Of a stretch of DNA of 64,000 nt, positions 19,617-28,599 are shown piece by piece. Within the stretch, counting starts at the first letter, position 1; every line of letters starts with the position of its first letter. A program made the translations under genes and the position numbers. This stretch comes from a virus (taxonomy: Duplodnaviria > Caudoviricetes): the IMG/VR virus record IMGVR_UViG_3300025889_000071. One strand, written 5' to 3'. The notes beneath the pieces were generated by a model, which saw only the letters and a program-made list of their open reading frames with translations, searched no databases and was not told where the DNA came from.

Positions 19617-20647
19617 AGGTAGGAATCATCGGTCTGGGACGAATGGGAGAAGGAATGTCCCGTCGTCTCATCAAAGCAGGTCATGAAGTATGGGGGTATA
19701 GAAACAACTATGCAAAAGCTGAAGAACAATATGAAAAGGGTTATATTAGTGGATGTACCACTTCTGTGGAAAGCCTTGTTCAAGTAGTTAGATCTACACC
19801 AAGTGATAGAAGAGCACCTGGTATTTTCATGATGGTAGTACCAGCAGAAACAGTCGAGGGCACAATTAATGAGTTACTACAATTTTGTGTGGAGGGTGAT
19901 ATTATTATTGATCATGGCAATTCCAATTTTAAAGACACTCGCAGGAGAGCAGAAAGGCTTGCTAAATTGGGCATCCAATATATTGACTGTGGTACTAGTG
20001 GTGGTGTTTATGGTTTGGAGCGTGGATACTGTCTTATGGTTGGTGGTGCAAATACTGCAGTATCCGTCTGCGCTCCTCTCTTCCGCGCCCTTGCTCCAGG
20101 AATCGATGCTGCTCCCCGCACAGACCCTTTGAGTCGTAGTACTAGTGCTGAATATGGTTGGTTACATTGTGGAGGACCAGGTGCCGGACACTTTGTGAAG
20201 ATGGTTCATAATGGTATTGAGTATGGAGTGATGCAGGCATATGCTGAAGGATTTAATATTTTAGAGAATGCAAATGCAGGTGCCAAGTATGTCAAAGCAG
20301 GAGATGCAGAAGTTGCTCCAATGGATAATCCAAAAGATTATTGCTATGACATCGATGTTTCTGAAGTGGCTGAGTTATGGCGTCGTGGTTCTGTTGTTGG
20401 TAGTTGGTTACTCGATCTTACCGCTGATGTTTTACGAAACGATCATCACCTTGATAAGTTCGATGGGGGGGTCAGTGATTCTGGGGAGGGTCGTTGGACT
20501 GTCCATGCTGCTGTGGATCTTGGGATACCCGCTCCTGTTATCAGCAGTGCTCTGTATGAGAGATTTAACTCTCGCCGTCTTGGTGCTTTCGCGTCCAAGG
20601 TTCTAAACGGTATGAGATATATGTTCGGTGGTCATCATGTTCGGTGA
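19613..20647 (+). CDS. gnd: 6-phosphogluconate dehydrogenase (short type)
   Basis: GLGRMG, IDCGTSGG, VKMVHNGIEY, DSGEGRW. Confidence 0.96.
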   Translation: MKVGIIGLGRMGEGMSRRLIKAGHEVWGYRNNYAKAEEQYEKGYISGCTTSVESLVQVVRSTPSDRRAPGIFMMVVPAETVEGTINELLQFCVEGDIIIDHGNSNFKDTRRRAERLAKLGIQYIDCGTSGGVYGLERGYCLMVGGANTAVSVCAPLFRALAPGIDAAPRTDPLSRSTSAEYGWLHCGGPGAGHFVKMVHNGIEYGVMQAYAEGFNILENANAGAKYVKAGDAEVAPMDNPKDYCYDIDVSEVAELWRRGSVVGSWLLDLTADVLRNDHHLDKFDGGVSDSGEGRWTVHAAVDLGIPAPVISSALYERFNSRRLGAFASKVLNGMRYMFGGHHVR

Positions 20648-20765
20648 GTTTCTTAAATTCCTCGCAATACCCTTTGTGGTATCCACCATATATTTCGGGA
20701 TACGAAAAGGTGAAAATAACTACTATGAATCAGACGACTATGACGGAAATGGAACTGCCCACTGA
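20637..20765 (+). CDS. small single-TM protein (42 aa) not in ORF track
   Basis: MFGEFLKFLAIPFVVSTIYFGIRKGENNYYESDDYDGNGTAH; overlaps gnd end and zwf start. Confidence 0.6.
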   Translation: MFGEFLKFLAIPFVVSTIYFGIRKGENNYYESDDYDGNGTAH

Positions 20766-22095
20766 TTACCTGTCCAGGAGGATAGTCATCTTCGGTGCTA
20801 CTGGGGATTTATGTAAAAGAAAACTGATTCCTGCATTGTATCAATTGTGGGAGAAAAAACTTTTACCAGAACAACTTTTGATTGTTGGGGTGTCTCGTAG
20901 AGAACATTCTAAAGAGTCATGGATAGAGCATCTTGGTAACTATCCGGAAGAATTTACATATTGGTTGGATTTTGTTTGTGCAGATCTTAATAATCAAGAT
21001 AGTTTGACCAAACTTCATGATGATAGTGTAGATACAACGTATTTTTTATCTGTTCCTCCAGAGAGCTATGAAAATGCAATCATCAACCTCAAAGAAGCAG
21101 GATTTTTGGATGACCCGGATCATTCCAGAGTGGTTATCGAAAAACCCTTTGGACGTGATCTTCAATCTTCTAATCATTTACAGTCTGTGGTTAGCAGACA
21201 TCTACGGGAGAAACAGGTATATCGCATTGACCATTATCTTGGCAAAGATACTGTTAATAACATACTTGCTACTCGGTTTGGTAATATTTTGCTGGAACCA
21301 CTTTGGAATCGTAATTACATAGAAGAGATTCAAATCTTTGCGACGGAGACGATTGGTTGTGAAGGGAGGTCACAATATTATGATACTGCAGGTGTTGTAA
21401 GAGACATGTTGCAGAATCATATGCTTCAGGTTCTTTCACTCATTGCAATGGATGCTCCATGTAGAATGGATGCAAAAGAAATTCGTAGAGAAAAAACAAA
21501 AGTTCTTGCTGCCACAAGACTTGGGAAAAAATTTGTTACTGGTCAGTATGAAGGTTATCGCAAGGAACAAGGTGTTGGCCCAGAGTCAATGACTCAAACC
21601 TTTGTTGCCGGTGATTTGTATGTTGATAATTGGAGATGGGAAGGTGTTCCTTTTTACTTTATGACGGGTAAGAAGATGCCCTATCAGTGTGTGGAGGTCG
21701 TTGTGAAACTCAAAGCACCACCTGTTGGATTATTTGAGGGAGAAACACCTGGTCGTATTGTGATGCGTTTACAACCACATGCACACCTTGATATTCAGAT
21801 TGATGTCAAATCACCTGGACTTGGTGAAGAAGTTGAGAAAGCAACTCTTACACATCGATATCCTGATTGGCTGGGTGTGGATGGTTATGAGAAATTATTC
21901 TTTGATGCAATTAATAATGATCAATCACACTTTGTTCATTCCGATGAGGTGACGGAATCATGGAGAATTGTTGATGATCTTCTTTGTACTGGTGATTCTT
22001 GTCCTGTAAGAACCGCACCTTATATTTACAAAAAAGGTTATTGGGGCCCTTGGAACAAAGTAGAACAAATTACTAAATGGGATTATCCGGCATGA
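20740..22095 (+). CDS. zwf: glucose-6-phosphate 1-dehydrogenase
   Basis: IFGATGDL, EKPFG, RIDHYLGK; start placed at ATG 20740 (uncertain). Confidence 0.95.
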   Translation: MTEMELPTDYLSRRIVIFGATGDLCKRKLIPALYQLWEKKLLPEQLLIVGVSRREHSKESWIEHLGNYPEEFTYWLDFVCADLNNQDSLTKLHDDSVDTTYFLSVPPESYENAIINLKEAGFLDDPDHSRVVIEKPFGRDLQSSNHLQSVVSRHLREKQVYRIDHYLGKDTVNNILATRFGNILLEPLWNRNYIEEIQIFATETIGCEGRSQYYDTAGVVRDMLQNHMLQVLSLIAMDAPCRMDAKEIRREKTKVLAATRLGKKFVTGQYEGYRKEQGVGPESMTQTFVAGDLYVDNWRWEGVPFYFMTGKKMPYQCVEVVVKLKAPPVGLFEGETPGRIVMRLQPHAHLDIQIDVKSPGLGEEVEKATLTHRYPDWLGVDGYEKLFFDAINNDQSHFVHSDEVTESWRIVDDLLCTGDSCPVRTAPYIYKKGYWGPWNKVEQITKWDYPA

Positions 22096-22241
22096 TTGGG
22101 TTAGTCAGAAATGTAATGGAGACACCAGCACTTCTAGGTGTTATGTCATTTTTTCTTATCTTTGTTCCTATTTTAGGTATGTGGGCAGTCCACAAATATG
22201 GTTGGGAACACTGGGAACCTTTTTCTAAAAACCACAAATGA
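22092..22241 (+). CDS. small membrane protein (49 aa)
   Basis: ATGA overlaps at both ends; hydrophobic core. Confidence 0.55.
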   Translation: MIGLVRNVMETPALLGVMSFFLIFVPILGMWAVHKYGWEHWEPFSKNHK

Positions 22242-22468
22242 AAAACTTTTTAAGTAAATGGGGTTCTGATATAGAACCACCACCAGAGTACGTAACTAAA
22301 GAAGAAGTGCAGGAGATGATTGATGATGCCATACGAAAACATAATCGTAATGCTGGAATTATCAGCATGTGTGTTGGTTGGGTTGTTCTTGCACTTTTTG
22401 CTGAGGGTCTTCTTCGACTCATTGGAGTGATTGAACCATTATTTCCATGGCTTAAAATCGCATTGTAG
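22238..22468 (+). CDS. conserved small membrane protein
   Basis: EEVQEMIDDAIRKHNRNA plus TM. Confidence 0.65.
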   Translation: MKNFLSKWGSDIEPPPEYVTKEEVQEMIDDAIRKHNRNAGIISMCVGWVVLALFAEGLLRLIGVIEPLFPWLKIAL

Positions 22469-22475
22469 AATAGAT

Positions 22476-22631
22476 ATGAACTTAATACTTAGACCTTTAA
22501 ATGATATTAATGACGTAACTTGGAGCATCATTGTTTGCATGGTGCTCCTTTTGTTTGGAGTGGCATACTACATATATACTATTATGAAAATGGCTTATTC
22601 GGAGATGGACGATGAGCGACTTGACAAATAA
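22476..22631 (+). CDS. small membrane protein
   Basis: Single TM, 51 aa. Confidence 0.55.
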   Translation: MNLILRPLNDINDVTWSIIVCMVLLLFGVAYYIYTIMKMAYSEMDDERLDK

Positions 22632-22926
22632 AGATGCAGAACAGGATAAACAAATTGCTGTTTTGGAAAATTATTTTGGTAGTATGAGAGAACGAGTCAT
22701 TGGTCTCGAAGAGAGAATGACACGTAAAGATGATTATGAGCGTCTTGAAAAAAATATTGACGAACTTAAAACCAGAGTTCGACAATTGGAAAGATGGGTA
22801 TGGGGTGCGGCAGCTGTAATTGCAGTTGGTGCATTTGTGATTGGTATTGCAGCAAACGCACAGGAGACAAAAAATGGGAGCAATGAAAATTATAAATACT
22901 CTTATCATCGCTCCCATATTATATGA
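22612..22926 (+). CDS. coiled-coil plus TM protein
   Basis: QIAVLE...LERWVWGAAAVIAVG. Confidence 0.6.
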   Translation: MSDLTNKDAEQDKQIAVLENYFGSMRERVIGLEERMTRKDDYERLEKNIDELKTRVRQLERWVWGAAAVIAVGAFVIGIAANAQETKNGSNENYKYSYHRSHII

Positions 22927-23363
22927 AACATATTCATCATATTATTCCAAAACATATGGGTGGAACTGACGACCCTTCTAATCTTGTAGAACTTACAATA
23001 GAAGAACACGCAGAGGCACATAAGAAACTTTATGAAGAATATGGTAGAGAAGAGGATAAAATTGCTTGGATGGGACTATCGGGGCAGATAGGCAAAGAAG
23101 AAATCGTCAAAAGAGTATTGAGTGAAGCAGGTAAAAAATCTGCAAGGATGAATAAAGAAATACAAAAAGAATCTGGTAGAAAAACTGGTCTTGCTAACAA
23201 AGGCAGAGTTCCTTGGAATAAAGGTAAGAAGATGTCTGAAGAGTATAAGAAAACTTTGAGAAATAGTCCTAATGTAAAACCTCCAAGTAGAAAAGGTGTT
23301 AAACTTTCAGAAGAAACTAAAAAGAAAATGAGTGAGGCACATCTAAATAGAAAAAGAAAATGA
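22923..23363 (+). mobile_element. free-standing HNH homing endonuclease with NUMOD3-like repeats
   Basis: HIHHIIPKHMGG.DDPSNL..LT.EEHAEAH; KMSEEYKK and KLSEETKKKMSEAH; late promoter in upstream hairpin. Confidence 0.85.
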
Positions 23364-23372
23364 GGTATTTTT

Positions 23373-23834
23373 ATGGGTGCTATGGTTCCGCCCAGCAGGA
23401 AGTCCTGCTATAATTTTAGGGTAGTTGAAATTAACAGAGTGCTTGATGGAGACACGATTGATGTCACAATTGATTTGGGATTTGATCTCTATAAGAAAGA
23501 AAGAGTTCGAGTCGCAGGAGTGGATACTCCGGAGAAGCGTACTAGGGATGAAGAAGAAAAGGCACTCGGATATGATGCCACAAATTGGCTCAAAGAGAAA
23601 CTGGAGGGTGCTATTTCTGGTGATGATGAGTTGTCTGTTAGGACTGAACTTGTTGGTGGCGTCGGCAAGTATGGCCGTCTTCTTGGGTGGTTATACATTG
23701 GGGATGCAGAATTGTCTCTCAACGAAGCAATGATTGCCGAAGGATATGCCTGGGCATATGATGGTGGAACCAAGCAAAAGAACTTTGAGGAACTTCGTGA
23801 AATTCGTCGTGCTCATGGCACTTTAGTGGAATGA
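23373..23834 (+). CDS. thermonuclease (SNase-like) endonuclease
   Basis: RVLDGDTID, RVAGVDTPE, GKYGRLL. Confidence 0.88.
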   Translation: MGAMVPPSRKSCYNFRVVEINRVLDGDTIDVTIDLGFDLYKKERVRVAGVDTPEKRTRDEEEKALGYDATNWLKEKLEGAISGDDELSVRTELVGGVGKYGRLLGWLYIGDAELSLNEAMIAEGYAWAYDGGTKQKNFEELREIRRAHGTLVE

Positions 23835-23934
23835 TTCCTACATTATATGTTTTTGGATTTATTTTATTATTAACTTCTGGAATGATGGCAGTTGGAAATA
23901 AAAATGCTAGTATTGGACAACCGCAATTACCAAA

Positions 23935-24213
23935 ATGCAAAAAGTAATTAATGTAATCGCACTTCTTTCTGGACTTACATCACTTGCCGTGATTGGTGGT
24001 GGTGTTTATCTGTATAAAAATGCAGATGTCATGATTGAAGATGTAAGAAAGAATGTTGCGAATGCGGCAGTAGAAGCAATTACTGATGCCCTTCCTGGTA
24101 TGTTAGATGCTGCGATGCCAGAACTTCCAGAAGTGACAGGACCAGAAATTCCAATGGCAACTCCTGCACCAGCAGCACCCATGACAACCGGACCTGCAAT
24201 ACCCCTCCCCTAA
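23935..24213 (+). CDS. membrane-anchored Pro-rich protein
   Basis: N-terminal TM, Pro/Ala tail. Confidence 0.6.
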   Translation: MQKVINVIALLSGLTSLAVIGGGVYLYKNADVMIEDVRKNVANAAVEAITDALPGMLDAAMPELPEVTGPEIPMATPAPAAPMTTGPAIPLP

Positions 24214-24240
24214 ATAGGGTTGATGTGTTAATTAATTATT

Positions 24241-24372
24241 ATGGCAACATCAACTCATAGGAAAAAGTCAAGTAGGAACAAGGAAGCAGATCAAAAATTC
24301 TTTTTATATGTTTTCTTCTTTCATATTTTCAATTCCATTGGAAAATTTTTTCATGATTTGTTAGATGATTAA
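24241..24372 (+). CDS. small hypothetical protein
   Basis: 43 codons; stop abuts next ATG. Confidence 0.45.
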   Translation: MATSTHRKKSSRNKEADQKFFLYVFFFHIFNSIGKFFHDLLDD

Positions 24373-25106
24373 TGGAAATTAAGAATATTAACATTTCGGA
24401 AATTTCTATTCCGGATGTGAATACTTGGTTTAGAGAACCACCTCATGCAATTCCACCTGTTGTCCCAGTGACAGTTCAGATTGGAATTCCTATTGTTGAT
24501 ATTCCTGGATGTGTAGAAGCACATAGCACTAATAATCCAAGAAATGATAACTTGGTGAATGATGATCCAAAAGGAACATTGACATTTTGTGATGCGGGTG
24601 TTCCTTCATACAATCCTATGAACTTTGAACCGGAGGATCATTTACAGACACCAGTAGTTAAACCTCCACCATACGAGGAACCAGAAACCCCAGAGATGCC
24701 TCTGGATGCCGTTCCTACGAAGGCTCTGCAAGAAGTCAAATTACCTTGTCCCACAGAAAAACAATCACTCACAGAACCCATAGGAACCGTGAGTGATGGT
24801 GGAAAGAAAAGAATTGTTGATTATAAAACTGTAGGAAAAGAATGTATTGCAGTTAAAGAAGACTTATCACTTCCTGTGCAGGTTCTAGAAGGACTTCCAG
24901 GAGCAGGTTCAGTCACAATGACAACATCAGTGGCAGTGATTGCAACGACCTCTGCAATTCTTGCAAAACCCGTTGCTGATGTATTATTGAAGACTATTAA
25001 ACCAGCAGTTAAAAAGGTCATCAAGAAAGTTCAAAAAATTACTGGGAAGAAACAGAAGATTCTTTCCTTAAAGGAACGCCGAGATCTTCAGCGCGGTTTG
25101 AAGTAA
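24372..25106 (+). CDS. conserved cyanophage hypothetical protein
   Basis: 244 aa; Pro-rich with Cys pairs and C-terminal hydrophobic/basic tail. Confidence 0.7.
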   Translation: MEIKNINISEISIPDVNTWFREPPHAIPPVVPVTVQIGIPIVDIPGCVEAHSTNNPRNDNLVNDDPKGTLTFCDAGVPSYNPMNFEPEDHLQTPVVKPPPYEEPETPEMPLDAVPTKALQEVKLPCPTEKQSLTEPIGTVSDGGKKRIVDYKTVGKECIAVKEDLSLPVQVLEGLPGAGSVTMTTSVAVIATTSAILAKPVADVLLKTIKPAVKKVIKKVQKITGKKQKILSLKERRDLQRGLK

Positions 25107-25790
25107 CTGTTGGAATAGAATGACGATGTGGATGATTGTGTCCAGGAGGGTTATTAACTATTACATCTGCACATATTTTATGCATTGGACTTTTGGGATG
25201 GAAAGTAATTCCTTTTAACATCAAATCCCCACAATTCTTGAGTCTGGCTAATTCAAAATCTAATCTCTTATTGGCAGTTAGTTGTTGCTGCATTTTAATT
25301 TGAGTCGTCGCAGCATCCTTACATAGATTTTGTAAATCTTTATCTAATGGTTCTGACCATGTGATTGAGAATCCAACACCTAAACTGTAATTATCTTTCT
25401 GACCTGTTCTAGTTTTTTTACGAAATAATATATCACCAGGATTATCTAAAACACCATCTCCTATCGGATTGCCATCATCATCAAAGGCACCAAAATTATC
25501 GGTGACATCATATACTGGATCCATATAATATGGTTCATAAGGTTTTGCTGCAGAAATACTTCCTGTAACATACGGAGTAAAATTGCGAGTGGGTCCTTGA
25601 CACTGAATTCCGTTTCCGTATGTGTTAGTGATATATGGGCCTTGTAAAACCTGAATTGCCTGATTGGTCACCGAGCCTGAACTATTTGCCACAGGACTTG
25701 CGGTTGCCGATACACCACCAACGGTTTCAGCATTGACTGGTGAGGCAAATAATAATGCAATTATTGGGAAAAAATGGAGGTGGTTTCTGT
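25039..25790 (-). CDS. exported hypothetical protein; start codon unclear
   Basis: Signal-like FFPIIALLFASPVNA then ETVGGVSATASPVANSSG. Confidence 0.65.
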
Positions 25791-26210
25791 TACGCTTTCT
25801 ATGACCGTCTCTCTTTGAATAATCGTCTGATTGCTTAAACCCGGACCAGAGTAAGTTTCTGTAAATTGAAATGCTGCTCCCGGTGTTGTTTGTTTCCAGT
25901 TTGGTTTTGAATTTGATAAACCAGTCCATCTCGAAGTCACTCCATTTATTGTTGTCGAAACAGTTGATTGATTAGGAACAATAGTTTCTCCCGAATGTTC
26001 CACACCAGATCCTGTTACAGAATATTGATATCCAGTGTTATAATCCATCGAATTGATGGTTTCTGTTATTGTTGATGTTGTCTCTGTTCGGCTTGTCATT
26101 GAGCCTTGCGTGAAGTTGGGAACAACCGGCACACTATATACCGGTTGTGCCATCCCATGAATCACTCCAAGAACCAATCCGAAACCGATTGCTTCTTGTA
26201 ATTTAGTCAC
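25761..26210 (-). CDS. exported Thr/Ser-rich hypothetical protein
   Basis: Hydrophobic N-terminus, VPVVPNFTQGSMTS. Confidence 0.7.
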   Translation of the reverse strand: MTKLQEAIGFGLVLGVIHGMAQPVYSVPVVPNFTQGSMTSRTETTSTITETINSMDYNTGYQYSVTGSGVEHSGETIVPNQSTVSTTINGVTSRWTGLSNSKPNWKQTTPGAAFQFTETYSGPGLSNQTIIQRETVIESVTETTSIFSQ

Positions 26211-26222
26211 TGTTATTTAACC

Positions 26223-26717
26223 TCAATCAATTACAGTGATTTCACTTACAAATTGTCCGATCGCACTAGAACCAGCTGAACCTGCAGTTACTGTAAGAGC
26301 ACCTGATGAAGTTACAGTACCGGCAAGACTAGTATTATCACCAGCAGCATAAGAGGTTTGTGTAGACAGATTCCCAACAGTGCCTACAGTGGGAGCAGAT
26401 GTTGGAACGGCATCACCTTGTGTATATGATTGGCTGAAGGAAAATGCAGAACCGGGTGTATCTTGTGTTGCGGCAATTGTTCCTGGATTATAGATACCCG
26501 AAGTAATTGTTCCTGCAGAAACTGTATTGGCAGTTGATCCGTCAGTAGTATCGATATTGCTTCCAGAAATACTGAATGAGGAACCAATTCTTGATGCGGT
26601 AGTTCTTGCAGCGTCCACAGTCAACTGAACACTAGTTGCATGTTTAGTAACAAGTCCACCCGCATAAACTGGTGAGGTCATCAACAACATTCCAAGTAAC
26701 ATTAATGTCTGTTTCAT
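26223..26717 (-). CDS. exported beta-rich hypothetical protein
   Basis: MKQTLMLLGMLLMTSPVYA signal; Gly/Ser/Thr-rich. Confidence 0.7.
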   Translation of the reverse strand: MKQTLMLLGMLLMTSPVYAGGLVTKHATSVQLTVDAARTTASRIGSSFSISGSNIDTTDGSTANTVSAGTITSGIYNPGTIAATQDTPGSAFSFSQSYTQGDAVPTSAPTVGTVGNLSTQTSYAAGDNTSLAGTVTSSGALTVTAGSAGSSAIGQFVSEITVID

Positions 26718-26799
26718 TTATCTGGAATTACAGGTTTTCTGGAAATATTTATCCTTTTTGGTTTTTTATAAATAATGTGTCAAAGTTAAATGAATTGAA

Positions 26800-27021
26800 A
26801 TGACAGATCAACAACAACATCTTTCCGAACTTATTGAGCAAAGAAATATGATTGCCAAACAACTTGAAAGTCTTCAAGAAGAAGGTTCAAGAATCAGAGA
26901 ATTGTTTTTAAAAACACAAGGTGCTATCGAGTATTTGGAAGCCACTGGAGTAGAACTTCCAGAACCAGAACCCACCGAAGAAGAAGCACCAGCAGAAGAA
27001 GAAGCACCAGCAGAAGGTTGA
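26800..27021 (+). CDS. small acidic coiled-coil protein
   Basis: TATAAATA at 26768; EEEAPA tandem tail. Confidence 0.65.
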   Translation: MTDQQQHLSELIEQRNMIAKQLESLQEEGSRIRELFLKTQGAIEYLEATGVELPEPEPTEEEAPAEEEAPAEG

Positions 27022-27046
27022 CATCCTGATCAAGAGAGTCTATAAT
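27018..27046 (+). promoter_or_regulatory. sigma70 promoter for tRNA cluster
   Basis: TTGACA-17-TATAAT. Confidence 0.8.
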
Positions 27047-27092
27047 ATTTGAGTTGAGAGGGGGAGGCACTGCTGCCTCTCTTAACTTGTAA

Positions 27093-27167
27093 GGGCAAGT
27101 AGCTCAGTTGGATTAGAGCCACGCACTTCTAATGCGTTGGTCGGGGGTTCGAGTCCCTCCTTGCCTG
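27093..27167 (+). tRNA. tRNA-Arg(TCT)
   Basis: Acceptor GGGCAAG/CTTGCCT, anticodon loop CTTCTAA, GGTTCGAGTCC; no encoded CCA. Confidence 0.93.
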
Positions 27168-27184
27168 TTGTCCTTTTACTTCTT

Positions 27185-27379
27185 ATGGACAATTACACCT
27201 TTGGTGGAAGACCCGTAACGGGAATCAATCTTCTTTTACTCATAAGTGAGATGGAAGGTACTTATCAACATCTCAAGTATATGGGATTTGAAGAGGACAT
27301 GAAGTTCATTGATGAGATGAAGAAGAGGTATTATAAACTCTACTTCAAAACAAAGAAAGGAGAAAACAATCCTCTGTAG
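27185..27379 (+). CDS. hypothetical protein (64 aa) ending inside tRNA-Asn
   Basis: MDNYTFGGRPVTG...; TAG is tRNA nt 8-10. Confidence 0.6.
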   Translation: MDNYTFGGRPVTGINLLLLISEMEGTYQHLKYMGFEEDMKFIDEMKKRYYKLYFKTKKGENNPL

Positions 27380-27441
27380 CTCAGCGGTAGAGCCATCGAC
27401 TGTTAATCGATTGGTCGCAGGTTCGAATCCTGCCGGGGGAG
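27370..27441 (+). tRNA. tRNA-Asn(GTT)
   Basis: ATCGA-CTGTTAA-TCGAT arm, GGTTCGAATCC. Confidence 0.93.
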
Positions 27442-27443
27442 TT

Positions 27444-27515
27444 GCCTCTGTAGCACAGTGGTAGTGCAGTGCTTTTGTAAAGCAAAGGTCGCAAGTTCAA
27501 ATCTTGTCGGAGGCT
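27444..27515 (+). tRNA. tRNA-Thr(TGT)
   Basis: Acceptor GCCTCTG/CGGAGGC, loop TTTGTAA, AGTTCAAATCT. Confidence 0.88.
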
Positions 27516-27589
27516 TGACAAAATTTCGGTTTTGTCTTATATTAACATCCTTAACCTTACTCTAAATATTATTACAGGCGAGAACTAAT

Positions 27590-28060
27590 ATGGAAATTGT
27601 AGAACCTCATTCGACAATTTTAGTTCTTAATAGTTCTTATGAACCTCTTCACTTTACAAATTGGAAAAGAGCAATTATACTATTGTTCAAAGAAAAAGCA
27701 AAGTTAATATCAAAACGAGTGATTCGATTGGTAAACTATGTTATTATTCCATTTAGTAGAATGAACAATATGTATCCAACTAAAAACTTGATTTACAAGA
27801 GAGATAAAAATAAATGTCAGTATTGTGGATCGACAAAAAGTTTAACCATTGATCATGTTATTCCGCGTAGCCGTGGTGGTAAAGATACCTGGGAAAATTT
27901 AGTGGTTGCATGTTCACCTTGTAATATTAAAAAGGGTGATAAGATGCTGGAACACACTGGAATGAAGTTATCTTCAACTCCAAAAGCACCGATTAGTAAA
28001 GTCCTTATAGATTTGACTGATTCAAAAGTTCCAGAATGGCAAGAGTTTATCTTTGAATAA
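27590..28060 (+). CDS. HNH endonuclease (McrA-like, cyanobacterial type)
   Basis: LVLNSSYEPL, CQYCG..LTIDHVIPRSRGG..WENLVVACSPCN. Confidence 0.88.
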   Translation: MEIVEPHSTILVLNSSYEPLHFTNWKRAIILLFKEKAKLISKRVIRLVNYVIIPFSRMNNMYPTKNLIYKRDKNKCQYCGSTKSLTIDHVIPRSRGGKDTWENLVVACSPCNIKKGDKMLEHTGMKLSSTPKAPISKVLIDLTDSKVPEWQEFIFE

Positions 28061-28065
28061 ACACT

Positions 28066-28094
28066 TGACAAGATAATCCAAACAGGTTATACTT
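28066..28094 (+). promoter_or_regulatory. sigma70 promoter
   Basis: TTGACA-17-TATACT. Confidence 0.65.
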
Positions 28095-28149
28095 GTCTCA
28101 TGGTTAAAGGGTTTAGTTAACTAAATAATGTTACTACACCCCGTGATAC

Positions 28150-28503
28150 ATGCCATACGCAAACAAAGAAGACCGACAACGTTATCAAACTGCTTATAAA
28201 AAGGAGTATGATAAACGGTCAGATGTCAAGCAAAAACGTAAAGAATTACGTGAAGCACGTTCTAAACGAAACAAAGAGTTTGTTTTAGAACAAATGACAC
28301 CTTGTATTGTTTGTGGTGAAAATGATCCTGTGGTGATAGATTTTCATCATTTGGATCATACAGAGAAAGAGCATGGTATTAGTAAACTAATACATAATAA
28401 CTCTTCTTTAGAAAAGATTAAAACAGAGATTGACAAATGTGTTTGTCTGTGTTCTAATTGTCATCGTAGAGTCCATGCCGGAACTCTACAACTGCGGGAT
28501 TAG
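28150..28503 (+). mobile_element. HNH homing-endonuclease-like ORF overlapping tRNA-Gly
   Basis: CIVCGE..IDFHH..KCVCLCSNCHRRVH. Confidence 0.8.
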
Positions 28504-28566
28504 TTCAGTTGGTAGAACGTCAGCCTTCCAAGCTGAATGTCGTCGGTTCGAATCCGATATCCCGCT
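28494..28566 (+). tRNA. tRNA-Gly(TCC)
   Basis: Acceptor GCGGGAT/ATCCCGC, loop CTTCCAA. Confidence 0.93.
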
Positions 28567-28599
28567 TCGGTAAACCCTAAAAAGTTTTCCGTATAAATA

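Noticed and set aside
20644-20739. N-terminal extension of zwf predicted by the ORF track
   Set aside because: Better explained by the overlapping 42-aa ORF in another frame; zwf homology begins near MTEMELP
26976-27018. 18-nt tandem repeat GAAGAAGCACCAGCAGAA
   Set aside because: Simply encodes an EEEAPA low-complexity tail
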